A stretch of 20,745 nt of DNA. It comes from a virus. Its lineage: Duplodnaviria > Heunggongvirae > Uroviricota > Caudoviricetes. The translations under genes were made by a program, and so were the position numbers. The notes beneath the pieces were generated by a model that did no database searches, was not told the origin of the DNA, and worked only from the letters and a program-made list of their open reading frames with translations. Positions 1 through 7,955 of this stretch are shown piece by piece (the stretch's first letter is position 1; every line of letters begins with the position of its first letter). The stretch lies in IMG/VR virus record IMGVR_UViG_3300043438_001962, one strand, 5' to 3'.

Positions 1-1
1 A

Positions 2-679
2 TTAGCCGGAGTACCGGATGGTAGTTTCAACTATACTAACATGATTGAGTATGTGGATGGTATGGGTGATTATTGGGTGAGATTAGTTGAACAAATGGTT
101 CCAGCAAGTACAATATGGAATACGGGGGTTAAATACGAAAACTCTATTTTTCATAGACAAAAATTTGTTTGGAGAAGACAAGAGGGTTGTCAATTAATAC
201 CTGTTCCTTGTAACCCATGTTCAATGGTTAGTAACCTTTACACTTATGACTGTGATGTTCAGTCAGTACAATGTTCTATCTATCCATGGCAAACTAATCC
301 TCTATTGACAGAATTTAGTGCGGTGTTAGGATATCTGTTAACTAATTATTTGGAGCCACAAGGTTATGAGTTAGATGATTGTAAACTGAATACTTTAAAA
401 AGTACTTGGTATGTGGTGTTAAGTTTAGATGATGTTGTGGTTGTCCAATATCAATTCTTTACGGGTATAGGATATACAAACACTGGTTTGAGTTCACCAA
501 CAACAGCTCAATGGGATGCTGCGTTAATACCTGCTTTAAATGGTTTAGATTTGTATGGTTTTGAGTATATTTTAAATGATACCGATGTGGTTATTTATAG
601 TTCAATTTGTTCGGTAAATGATTCGGGAATCAATTTTAAATTGAATGTTGGAATAAATTTTGAAATTTTATGTAATTAA
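2..679 (+). CDS. C-terminal part of a probable baseplate wedge / tail structural protein (5'-truncated; begins upstream of the window)
   Basis: The frame is open from base 2 ([17 protein letters not shown]...), so the ATG at 41 is probably internal. The segment [12 protein letters not shown]...[10 protein letters not shown] resembles the end of P2 gpI-like baseplate domains as I recall them. The stop overlaps the next start (TAATG at 677-681). Confidence 0.45.
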   Translation, partial: LAGVPDGSFNYTNMIEYVDGMGDYWVRLVEQMVPASTIWNTGVKYENSIFHRQKFVWRRQEGCQLIPVPCNPCSMVSNLYTYDCDVQSVQCSIYPWQTNPLLTEFSAVLGYLLTNYLEPQGYELDDCKLNTLKSTWYVVLSLDDVVVVQYQFFTGIGYTNTGLSSPTTAQWDAALIPALNGLDLYGFEYILNDTDVVIYSSICSVNDSGINFKLNVGINFEILCN

Positions 680-3600
680 TGGCTTGTAGTTTATCATATG
701 TATTAACGAGTTTATCGGGAGATTGTACTAATTCTAATTTAGGTGGTTTTAGTATTGATATAACTGGAACCGCACCGGATTATAGTATTCAGTGGGTTAA
801 TCCTGCTTTAGGGACTATTGTATTAGGTGTCGGAGTTACAGGTTATACCGCGACTACATTGTCCGCGGGAACATATTCATTTAACATTCTTGATTCATGT
901 TCACCCACTATGAGTTCATTGCCGGTGAATATTAACATATCTAGTGGTACATGTGCAAGTATTGTTGGAATATCTAACACGACGTGTAATGACAATAATG
1001 GGTCAATAACAGGACAAACGTCTAATCTTTATGGTATAAGTACGTTTAGTTTGTATAATACCTTAACAGGTTTTATTACTTCAGGCGCATCATTTACCAA
1101 TAATTATATTTTTAATAATTTATCTCCGGGTATATACTATGTTAATGCTGACGATGGTGGTGGATGTAGTGGTCAGAGTGAAACAACTATTATTCAACCT
1201 TCGACAAATATTACGTGGGGATTTTATACTGTAATGGATTCCGGATGTGCTAATGTTGATTCGGGGAAAATATATGTAACAGGTCTTACCGGAACACCAC
1301 CATTTACTTATTTATGGTCTAATGGAGGGACAGACGATTTTATTACAGGATTGACTGCGGGTAGTTATTCTGTTCTTATTACTGATAGTTTAGGGTGTAC
1401 CCTATCTCAAACAGCAACAGTTACTGAAGTTGAACCATTAGGTTTTGGGTCGTTTACCGCCATACCACCAACATGTTTTAATAATGATGGTCAAGTGACT
1501 CTTGTAATTACAGGAGGGACTGGACCATATTATTATTCAGCATCGACAGGTGTTATAGAGGTTTCTTTTAGTTCATCTCAAACATTTTATAATATTGGTG
1601 GTGGACCATTTGCTGTTGAAGTTACTGACGCAGCTTTATGTAAAATAACTCCAACAACAACAATTATTCCACCAAACGGGTTTAATATCGTAAGTGTAAC
1701 GACAACTAATTCAAATTGTGGTAATAGTGATGGTAAAATAGATATTCAGGTAAGTGGTGGTGCAGTTCCTTTTACTTATACTTTAACAGATTCTTTAGGT
1801 AATAGTATTATTGAACCTACTGATTTTAGAAGTTGGATTTTTTCTAATTTAGCGACGGGGACATATACTTTAACTATTTCTGATAATGGAGGTTGTACTT
1901 ATGTTAGTCCACCTATCACCATAAATAATATTCCTTTATTTACGTTTACTGCAGATACTACAGATACAATATGTAATTTAAATAATGGTTATGTAATGAT
2001 TACAGTATCAGGTGGTACACCGCCTTACACATATACTGTTGGGGGTGAATTTTCTTATGACTCTATCCAAACACCATTAAGTGCATATACTTTTATTGAT
2101 TTATATTCCGGAGATTATTCGTTAGAAATAACAGAATCAACTCCTGGTATTATTTGTAAACAAACAAGTAGTTTTATGATTAACCCATCAAACAACGTTG
2201 ATTTTATGTTATCAGGTACTGATGCTAACAATGGTAATGATGGTACAGTTTCAGCATATATTACAAGTGGAACACCTCCATTCACATTATTATGGAGTAA
2301 TAACGTAAATGGTCAAACAGGGTATTATTTAAGTAATTTAAGTGCCGGAACATACAGTTTACAAATCACGGATAGTGAAGCGTGTGTTAAAATTAGAGAG
2401 GTAACAATAGATGGGTTTGACTCTATCTCATCATTTCAAACATTTAATATTTGTGATAGTGAATTTGAAAACATTGGGGAATTAGTTAAAAAAGGTCCTA
2501 AAGAAATGTTGAATGAAGGTTATTATGATTTAACATCAGGATATACAAATTGTTTACTTAATCAAGCAATTTTTAATATAGTTGCAACTATTGGTGATGT
2601 AACAGAAACTTCAGAGTTTTATACAAGTTATGCTTTAAATGATTTTCCAACAGATAATGAATATTTTGACGCTTTAGTCGCGTTATTAGAAACTTTTGAC
2701 CAAGTCGCTCAAGTTAACATTGACCCATTAAACAACGGAATTCAAATAATTGCTAAATGTCAAGAACAATATTTAGTGACAACTGATGTTACTGTTGATA
2801 TGTTTATTGAATATAATATTTCATGTCAATATTGTAGTTTACCGCCAACACAAACTCCAACACAAACTCCAACACAAACTCCAACACCAACTCAAACATT
2901 AACTCAAACTCCAACACCAACTCAAACTCTTACATCAACTGCTGGATTAACACCAACTCCGACTCCTACTCAAACATTAACACAAACATTAACACCAACA
3001 CCAACTCAAACACCAACATTAACGCCAACTCAAACTCAAACATTAACACCAACTCAAACACCTACATCAACTATGACACCAACTCCTAGTTCAAAACAAT
3101 TATGGTATTTATATACATCATGTGAAGTTGATGTTAATACTGAGGGACCGGCCTACTTAATTTTACAACCTATATTAGTAAATCCTTTATTAGGTGTTGG
3201 TGACGGATTTACTTTTACTGATGAAAATGGTAAGGTAACGTGTTGGATATTAAGAGAAATTTATAATGGACAACCAACAAACTTACCACCACAATTTAAT
3301 GTTCAAATTTGGAACACTAATTATTTTACAACAATTGGTAATGGTATTTACGATTCACAAAATGGTGCTGTTGATGCTTGTGGATTATGCGAGAAAGATA
3401 TTGAATTAATTTTAGAACCAACAAATAATTTCCTTATTAGTGTTACAAAAGATGATTCGCAAATCATAGATGTACAACCACCGTTCTACCTATATGATAA
3501 TACATATAATTTCCCTGTAGGGGTCTTAAATCCTATGTATGGTACACATAACGGTATTAACAATGAAACTATATTTATTACGATTCAATCAATTAATGAA

Positions 3601-3768
3601 TCAAATACAAATATTTGTATTTCATTAATCGTTAATGGTTCTGTAGCAGCGTCACAAATAGGGACATTCTCAAGTGGGGTTTTATTTATAGATGTTTCAT
3701 TTACGGGTGTAACAATTTTACCAACAGATACTTTAGAAATTTTTGTGACTGCAGGTGATTGTCAATAA
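679..3768 (+). CDS. 1029-aa putative virion surface/fibre protein: about 7 SprB-like Ig repeats, a ~140-aa Cys-flanked domain, a Pro/Thr linker and C-terminal domains
   Basis: Repeats of about 80 aa carry C-x-x-x-x-G-x-I and G-G-T-x-P-(Y/F)-x-Y-x-W motifs ([61 protein letters not shown]), typical of SprB repeats. A TPTQ/TPTP tract lies at 2842-3090. Translation is coupled to the upstream gene. Confidence 0.7.
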   Translation: MACSLSYVLTSLSGDCTNSNLGGFSIDITGTAPDYSIQWVNPALGTIVLGVGVTGYTATTLSAGTYSFNILDSCSPTMSSLPVNINISSGTCASIVGISNTTCNDNNGSITGQTSNLYGISTFSLYNTLTGFITSGASFTNNYIFNNLSPGIYYVNADDGGGCSGQSETTIIQPSTNITWGFYTVMDSGCANVDSGKIYVTGLTGTPPFTYLWSNGGTDDFITGLTAGSYSVLITDSLGCTLSQTATVTEVEPLGFGSFTAIPPTCFNNDGQVTLVITGGTGPYYYSASTGVIEVSFSSSQTFYNIGGGPFAVEVTDAALCKITPTTTIIPPNGFNIVSVTTTNSNCGNSDGKIDIQVSGGAVPFTYTLTDSLGNSIIEPTDFRSWIFSNLATGTYTLTISDNGGCTYVSPPITINNIPLFTFTADTTDTICNLNNGYVMITVSGGTPPYTYTVGGEFSYDSIQTPLSAYTFIDLYSGDYSLEITESTPGIICKQTSSFMINPSNNVDFMLSGTDANNGNDGTVSAYITSGTPPFTLLWSNNVNGQTGYYLSNLSAGTYSLQITDSEACVKIREVTIDGFDSISSFQTFNICDSEFENIGELVKKGPKEMLNEGYYDLTSGYTNCLLNQAIFNIVATIGDVTETSEFYTSYALNDFPTDNEYFDALVALLETFDQVAQVNIDPLNNGIQIIAKCQEQYLVTTDVTVDMFIEYNISCQYCSLPPTQTPTQTPTQTPTPTQTLTQTPTPTQTLTSTAGLTPTPTPTQTLTQTLTPTPTQTPTLTPTQTQTLTPTQTPTSTMTPTPSSKQLWYLYTSCEVDVNTEGPAYLILQPILVNPLLGVGDGFTFTDENGKVTCWILREIYNGQPTNLPPQFNVQIWNTNYFTTIGNGIYDSQNGAVDACGLCEKDIELILEPTNNFLISVTKDDSQIIDVQPPFYLYDNTYNFPVGVLNPMYGTHNGINNETIFITIQSINESNTNICISLIVNGSVAASQIGTFSSGVLFIDVSFTGVTILPTDTLEIFVTAGDCQ
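2842..3090 (+). repeat. Pro/Thr/Gln low-complexity tract (TPTQ/TPTP repeats)
   Basis: Three perfect copies of CCAACACAAACT at 2845-2880 are followed by degenerate CCAAC-rich units, encoding about 80 aa of mostly P/T/Q/L. Confidence 0.95.
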
Positions 3769-3804
3769 TAAAAAACCCCCTCGTTAAAAGGGGGTTATTT
3801 TTTT
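3769..3804. terminator. Bidirectional rho-independent terminator
   Basis: A perfect 8-bp stem AACCCCCT (3774-3781) / AGGGGGTT (3789-3796) with a 7-nt loop has an A-tract on the left and a T7 tract (3798-3804) on the right. It lies between the stop codons of two convergent genes. Confidence 0.9.
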
Positions 3805-4402
3805 ACCATATTTTTTCTTGTTTCATATGACCTATAACACAACAGTAAGCGTCTGTTTGGTCAAAATTTTCTTTTTTCAGAGTATTGTTTCTTGTGTATA
3901 ACCAAGTGATTTGAGGTTCTCTTTTGGCAATTAAATCCCATATAATCATTTTCTTGTCAATGTCTTTAGGAAGTCCTCCGAATAGTACGTATTTACCTTT
4001 ATCGTTTAATTGAGTTAATTCCGGAAAGGCAAACTTACGAGAATTGTATGTTGATATAAAGTTAGGTACAACACCTAATACGTCATATATTTCTTTTGTG
4101 ACTAAAGTATTGAATCTTAATAAAGTTTGAACAGTGTAAACATTATTTGAGTTTAATAAAGGTTCTTCAATAATCACTTTAGTAATCCCCATATCTTTAT
4201 ATTCTAAAAGTTTAGTTCTAAAGATTTGACCCTTTAAAAGTAATTCTTTTATTTTATTTTCTTCTTTCGGTTTTGGTATGGGTGATATATGAGTTAATTC
4301 AAGTAGTTGTTGACTTTGTATATCAAATAACGCCCAACCAATTGTTTTTGTACTCACATCTAATCCTAAAACTTTAGGACTTTCTTTAAGTGTTTTTTTC
4401 AT
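3803..4402 (-). CDS. ruvC: RuvC-like (RNase H fold) Holliday junction resolvase
   Basis: It has the N-terminal VLGLDVSTKTIGWALFD motif (catalytic D), IIEEP (catalytic E) and C-terminal DQTDAY (D-x-x-D-A), and is 199 aa long. Confidence 0.8.
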   Translation of the reverse strand: MKKTLKESPKVLGLDVSTKTIGWALFDIQSQQLLELTHISPIPKPKEENKIKELLLKGQIFRTKLLEYKDMGITKVIIEEPLLNSNNVYTVQTLLRFNTLVTKEIYDVLGVVPNFISTYNSRKFAFPELTQLNDKGKYVLFGGLPKDIDKKMIIWDLIAKREPQITWLYTRNNTLKKENFDQTDAYCCVIGHMKQEKIW

Positions 4403-4408
4403 AATTTA

Positions 4409-6898
4409 TTAGAAATCAAATTTAACCAAAAACTGTTGAATCCCTTGTCTTAACACAGGAGATTGTAGCTTTGATACAATCATAAGATTCATTTCGTTAT
4501 CGTAAAGCCCAATTTCAGTAATATATGAACTTGTTCCTTTAGTCCATGTAGGATTTGAGGTCGATTGAAACTCCGCTTGACCAAGATTTATCTTATATTT
4601 CATTTCATAGATAGTTGCTTCAATATCAGTTTCTAATGAACCATAGAAATAATATTCATCACCAAAATTTAATGAAGGTGTGGTTGTATTACCTGACACT
4701 AATGGAATATAATCATTTAAATTGTAATCATCAGCAGCTGCGTAATTTTCTTCAGTAATGGTAAATGTTGTACCTGTTAAACTATCTACGGTTAAATATC
4801 CATTGATAGTAGTTGCACTTATTTGTGAAGTAAAATCAATGATTTTCCAATCATCCGGGTTAGGTCTACCTGTACCAATTACTTTTTGACAAATAACTTG
4901 GAATGTGTCCGCATAAAACCCTGTAATTAAGTCACAGGAAGGACACAGAGTCGTTGTTGTTGTTGTTGTGGTAGTTGTGGTTGGAATTAACGTTGGTTGG
5001 TTTAAACAAGGGAATTCAGCTCCAAATCTAATTGAAACGTTTTGTTCGGTTAAATTACCACAAGAAATGTTTGGCCCTTGAATTTTAGTATAATAATTAC
5101 AATGTAATGAATTAGTGAAAATATCGGTATTACTAAATCTATAAGTTACATACATATATTCAGTGTCCGCAGTTAATATACCATTAACTGTTGGTTGATT
5201 ATTTTCAACAACACAAGTGTTTGGTGTAGTTAACCCAACTTTAGGTGCCGGTAATGTCCAGTTACGGTTTGACTTGTAAGACATTGCGGCAATAATCTCT
5301 TCATCATCAATAATGATAATTTGTGAATCAGGGAATACTTTACCAACTCTATTTGGTAGACCAGTACTCTCGTTAACATTAGTGTCCCATAAATTATAAT
5401 ATCTAATACCCGGGTCATTCATACCTAAATTTTTAGTTGATAGAATATATTGGTCTTTAAATATTTGAGGAAATGTGTCTGAGTCAAATCCTGGAGGGTC
5501 AACCCAAAAAGTTTGACCTTTACAACATTCAGGATTTTTATGCCACATTAACCACGGCAAATGTAATCTAAAGTTACGAGCTTCACCTGTAGTATCTGAA
5601 GGGTTATTAGAGTCGTAAGGTTCAAAGGCAAATTTCTCACCATAGAAGAAATCAATTGATTGATTAGTATAGTGAATAATAGCAATAGCTTTTTGCTCAC
5701 TTGGTTGAACAACAACTTGTTCATCAAATGAATTATAATAATAAACAACACTTGTATCGGTTTGTCCACTATCTGACATATATCCAAAATATTCTTTACT
5801 ACCTAAATAAGACGCTGAACCAAAATATTGATAACCTTTATAAAATGAATCATACAATCCAGCAGGATTTTCCGACCAAGGAATATTCATATTCCAAATC
5901 TTAACATCTGATTCATCCGTACTACATAAAGATTCAAAATTAATAACATTTTGATTCCAATGTGAGTTAGGTGTAATACTATCGTATAATGTTGTCATAT
6001 TTGGTGGGTATACTAATACTCTAGCGAAACATCCACTTGAAAAGTTTGAAAAGTCAGGTGTTGGTCTGTCTAATGTATATAAACCATTACAGATATCTAT
6101 AATTTTATAAGTTAATATTGGGTAACAACTACTCATTGACATCTCACAATCAGGTGGTGTCGGAGTTGGAGGTAAAGGTGTAGTACAACAAGTTGAAGAA
6201 GGTGTTGGTGTTGGACCTTGGTCACATATGTTAGCACTCTTAGTTATTGTTGGTGTAGGTGTTGGAGTTGGATTGGCCTCGTAAGTTGGTGTAGGTGTAG
6301 GTGTTGAAGTTGGTGTAGGTGTTGGGTTAGGGTCACAATAACAATTGTATTCACCTTGACCGTCGTAATATATTGTAACAAAATCACCAATCATTGGTAA
6401 TCTTACAATATTTGAATTACACCCTGAATACACTAATTGAATAACACTACCACCTGTTAATGTAGACATATCTACAAGATAGTTAGAGTTAATTGTGTAT
6501 TGGCTATTTGTTAACGCACTCCAATTAATTGTAGTTGCTGTTGTATTACCTGTAAAAAATCCTCTCATAGCGGCTCTATTATAAACCGCTTGAGGTACTG
6601 ATGCCATATAAGGAATTCCGTATGTGTTACCGGTTATTCCATCAACATAATACGGGTATTTAACATTTTGTTTGTTTGTTTCAGGTGCAGCAGTTGAATT
6701 CTGAGCATTAAATGCGGGTTCAAGAATATTTGTTGTGAATTGATTATAAGGTGTTCCTGTTAATGTATTGTAAGAAACCTCACTATCACCTACTTGAAAA
6801 TAAGAGATATTAAAACTACCTTGTGATAGTTTTAACCTTGCGGTATCGGTTAACCTTGTGCTAAGTAAACCTTGTGTATTTTTTAATATGTATCCCAT
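4409..6898 (-). CDS. 829-aa baseplate/tail-collar-like structural protein with large internal Cys- and Pro/Thr-rich region
   Basis: The N-terminal LTDTARLKLSQGSFNISYFQVGDSE and C-terminal YITEIGLYDNEMNLMIVSKLQSPVLR resemble the two ends of the phage tail-collar (DUF3751 / P2 gpH N-terminal) domain. There are internal PT tracts and a poly-Thr run. Confidence 0.55.
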   Translation of the reverse strand: MGYILKNTQGLLSTRLTDTARLKLSQGSFNISYFQVGDSEVSYNTLTGTPYNQFTTNILEPAFNAQNSTAAPETNKQNVKYPYYVDGITGNTYGIPYMASVPQAVYNRAAMRGFFTGNTTATTINWSALTNSQYTINSNYLVDMSTLTGGSVIQLVYSGCNSNIVRLPMIGDFVTIYYDGQGEYNCYCDPNPTPTPTSTPTPTPTYEANPTPTPTPTITKSANICDQGPTPTPSSTCCTTPLPPTPTPPDCEMSMSSCYPILTYKIIDICNGLYTLDRPTPDFSNFSSGCFARVLVYPPNMTTLYDSITPNSHWNQNVINFESLCSTDESDVKIWNMNIPWSENPAGLYDSFYKGYQYFGSASYLGSKEYFGYMSDSGQTDTSVVYYYNSFDEQVVVQPSEQKAIAIIHYTNQSIDFFYGEKFAFEPYDSNNPSDTTGEARNFRLHLPWLMWHKNPECCKGQTFWVDPPGFDSDTFPQIFKDQYILSTKNLGMNDPGIRYYNLWDTNVNESTGLPNRVGKVFPDSQIIIIDDEEIIAAMSYKSNRNWTLPAPKVGLTTPNTCVVENNQPTVNGILTADTEYMYVTYRFSNTDIFTNSLHCNYYTKIQGPNISCGNLTEQNVSIRFGAEFPCLNQPTLIPTTTTTTTTTTTLCPSCDLITGFYADTFQVICQKVIGTGRPNPDDWKIIDFTSQISATTINGYLTVDSLTGTTFTITEENYAAADDYNLNDYIPLVSGNTTTPSLNFGDEYYFYGSLETDIEATIYEMKYKINLGQAEFQSTSNPTWTKGTSSYITEIGLYDNEMNLMIVSKLQSPVLRQGIQQFLVKFDF
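4951..4983 (-). repeat. Poly-Thr trinucleotide run (PTTTTTTTTT-LCPSC)
   Basis: (GTT)5 at 4953-4967 on the + strand is extended by degenerate Thr codons. Confidence 0.9.
6160..6332 (-). repeat. Pro/Thr tract flanked by Cys residues
   Basis: It encodes CYCDPNPTPTPTSTPTPTPTYEANPTPTPTPT...PTPTPSSTCCTTPLPPTPTPPDC. Confidence 0.9.
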
Positions 6899-6902
6899 GT
6901 GA

Positions 6903-6910
6903 TATAAATA
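6903..6910 (-). promoter_or_regulatory. TATTTATA motif, candidate phage late promoter / initiation element
   Basis: On the - strand the sequence reads TATTTATA-TCAC-ATG, 4 nt before the start at 6898. Confidence 0.5.
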
Positions 6911-6928
6911 TTCTTATTTTTTTTATTT

Positions 6929-7954
6929 TTAATTGACACTTATTATTTCTACTCTACAACATCCACAACCACTAATACTTGCGTTACCAATTGAGAATGA
7001 ATCCTGACTTGATGTGTAAGTACAAGGGGTTAATGGGTCGTTTTGTGTTATTGTCGTTGTAGTATTTAATATGATACTATCTGAAGATGTAAAACTTAAA
7101 GAATTCCAACTTTCAGTATAATAATCTAAATAATTTGTTAAATTCTGACATCCTTGTAATGGATTATAATCAGTGTTAGTTGTTGTTAAACCACTTGTTG
7201 TTAGTGGAATAGAAACATTATTTTTAGATAACACAGTATTAGTAGTTAAAGTTGCTGTGGTAGCGCTTGGAGAATAGTAAAAAGTATTATAATGTAATAT
7301 GTTAAAATTAACTATTACTCCACTTGGTAATTCAGGAATAACACTAAAAGTTGTTGTGTATTGTTTAGTTAGTGTTGTATTTGTATTAACCGGATTTGTT
7401 ATTGTTGTATTTAATTTTAATTGATATAATGTCGGAGGTGCCGGTTCATTTAATTTTACATTATTACTATTTGTGTTACCACTTGAATCAATCACCTTAA
7501 CACTATACATACCCGAACATAAATTATTAAAAATTGGTGAATTAAAATAAGTGACACCATTATCTATTGAATATTGGTATGGAGGATAACCTCCCGAAAG
7601 ATTAATCATTAAATTACCATCACAAGTACATATTGGTTGATTAACACTAAAAGTTAATGAGTTAATTCCTAATGGATTACAAACACCTTCGTTAGCATAA
7701 ACAGTTCCGTTAGCTCCTAATATATACCAAGAGTTAAGTGGGGGTACAGAAGATGGTAAGGAAGAAAATACTGAATAAGTTAGATTACCACCATTCAATT
7801 TCCATCTACTTAATGAAACGTCCCAATTAATTGAATAAGTGTAATCATCAGACACCCATTGATTATATCCATTATCATCTAATCCATTTGGATTAAAATG
7901 AATTTGTAAGTTATTAATACTTATATTTAGACAAAAATTATATTCTATTTCCAT
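6929..7954 (-). CDS. 341-aa putative virion protein with one SprB-like Ig repeat
   Basis: The segment CDGNLMINLSGGYPPYQYSIDNG...FNNLCSGMYSVKVIDS is a typical SprB-type repeat. The protein is Thr/Asn-rich and ends in CGCC. The start is 1 nt after the upstream stop. Confidence 0.65.
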   Translation of the reverse strand: MEIEYNFCLNISINNLQIHFNPNGLDDNGYNQWVSDDYTYSINWDVSLSRWKLNGGNLTYSVFSSLPSSVPPLNSWYILGANGTVYANEGVCNPLGINSLTFSVNQPICTCDGNLMINLSGGYPPYQYSIDNGVTYFNSPIFNNLCSGMYSVKVIDSSGNTNSNNVKLNEPAPPTLYQLKLNTTITNPVNTNTTLTKQYTTTFSVIPELPSGVIVNFNILHYNTFYYSPSATTATLTTNTVLSKNNVSIPLTTSGLTTTNTDYNPLQGCQNLTNYLDYYTESWNSLSFTSSDSIILNTTTTITQNDPLTPCTYTSSQDSFSIGNASISGCGCCRVEIISVN

Positions 7955-7955
7955 G

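Noticed and set aside
41-43. ATG at 41 as the gene start
   Set aside because: The frame is open to the window edge and there is no upstream initiation motif, so the gene is more likely truncated by the window.
3803-4402. The N-terminus LGLDVSTKTIGWA resembles the RuvC-I motif of Cas9/IscB
   Set aside because: The protein is only 199 aa with contiguous RuvC motifs. It has no HNH domain, Arg-rich bridge helix or Zn finger, and there is no CRISPR array or ncRNA-sized gap nearby. A stand-alone resolvase fits better.
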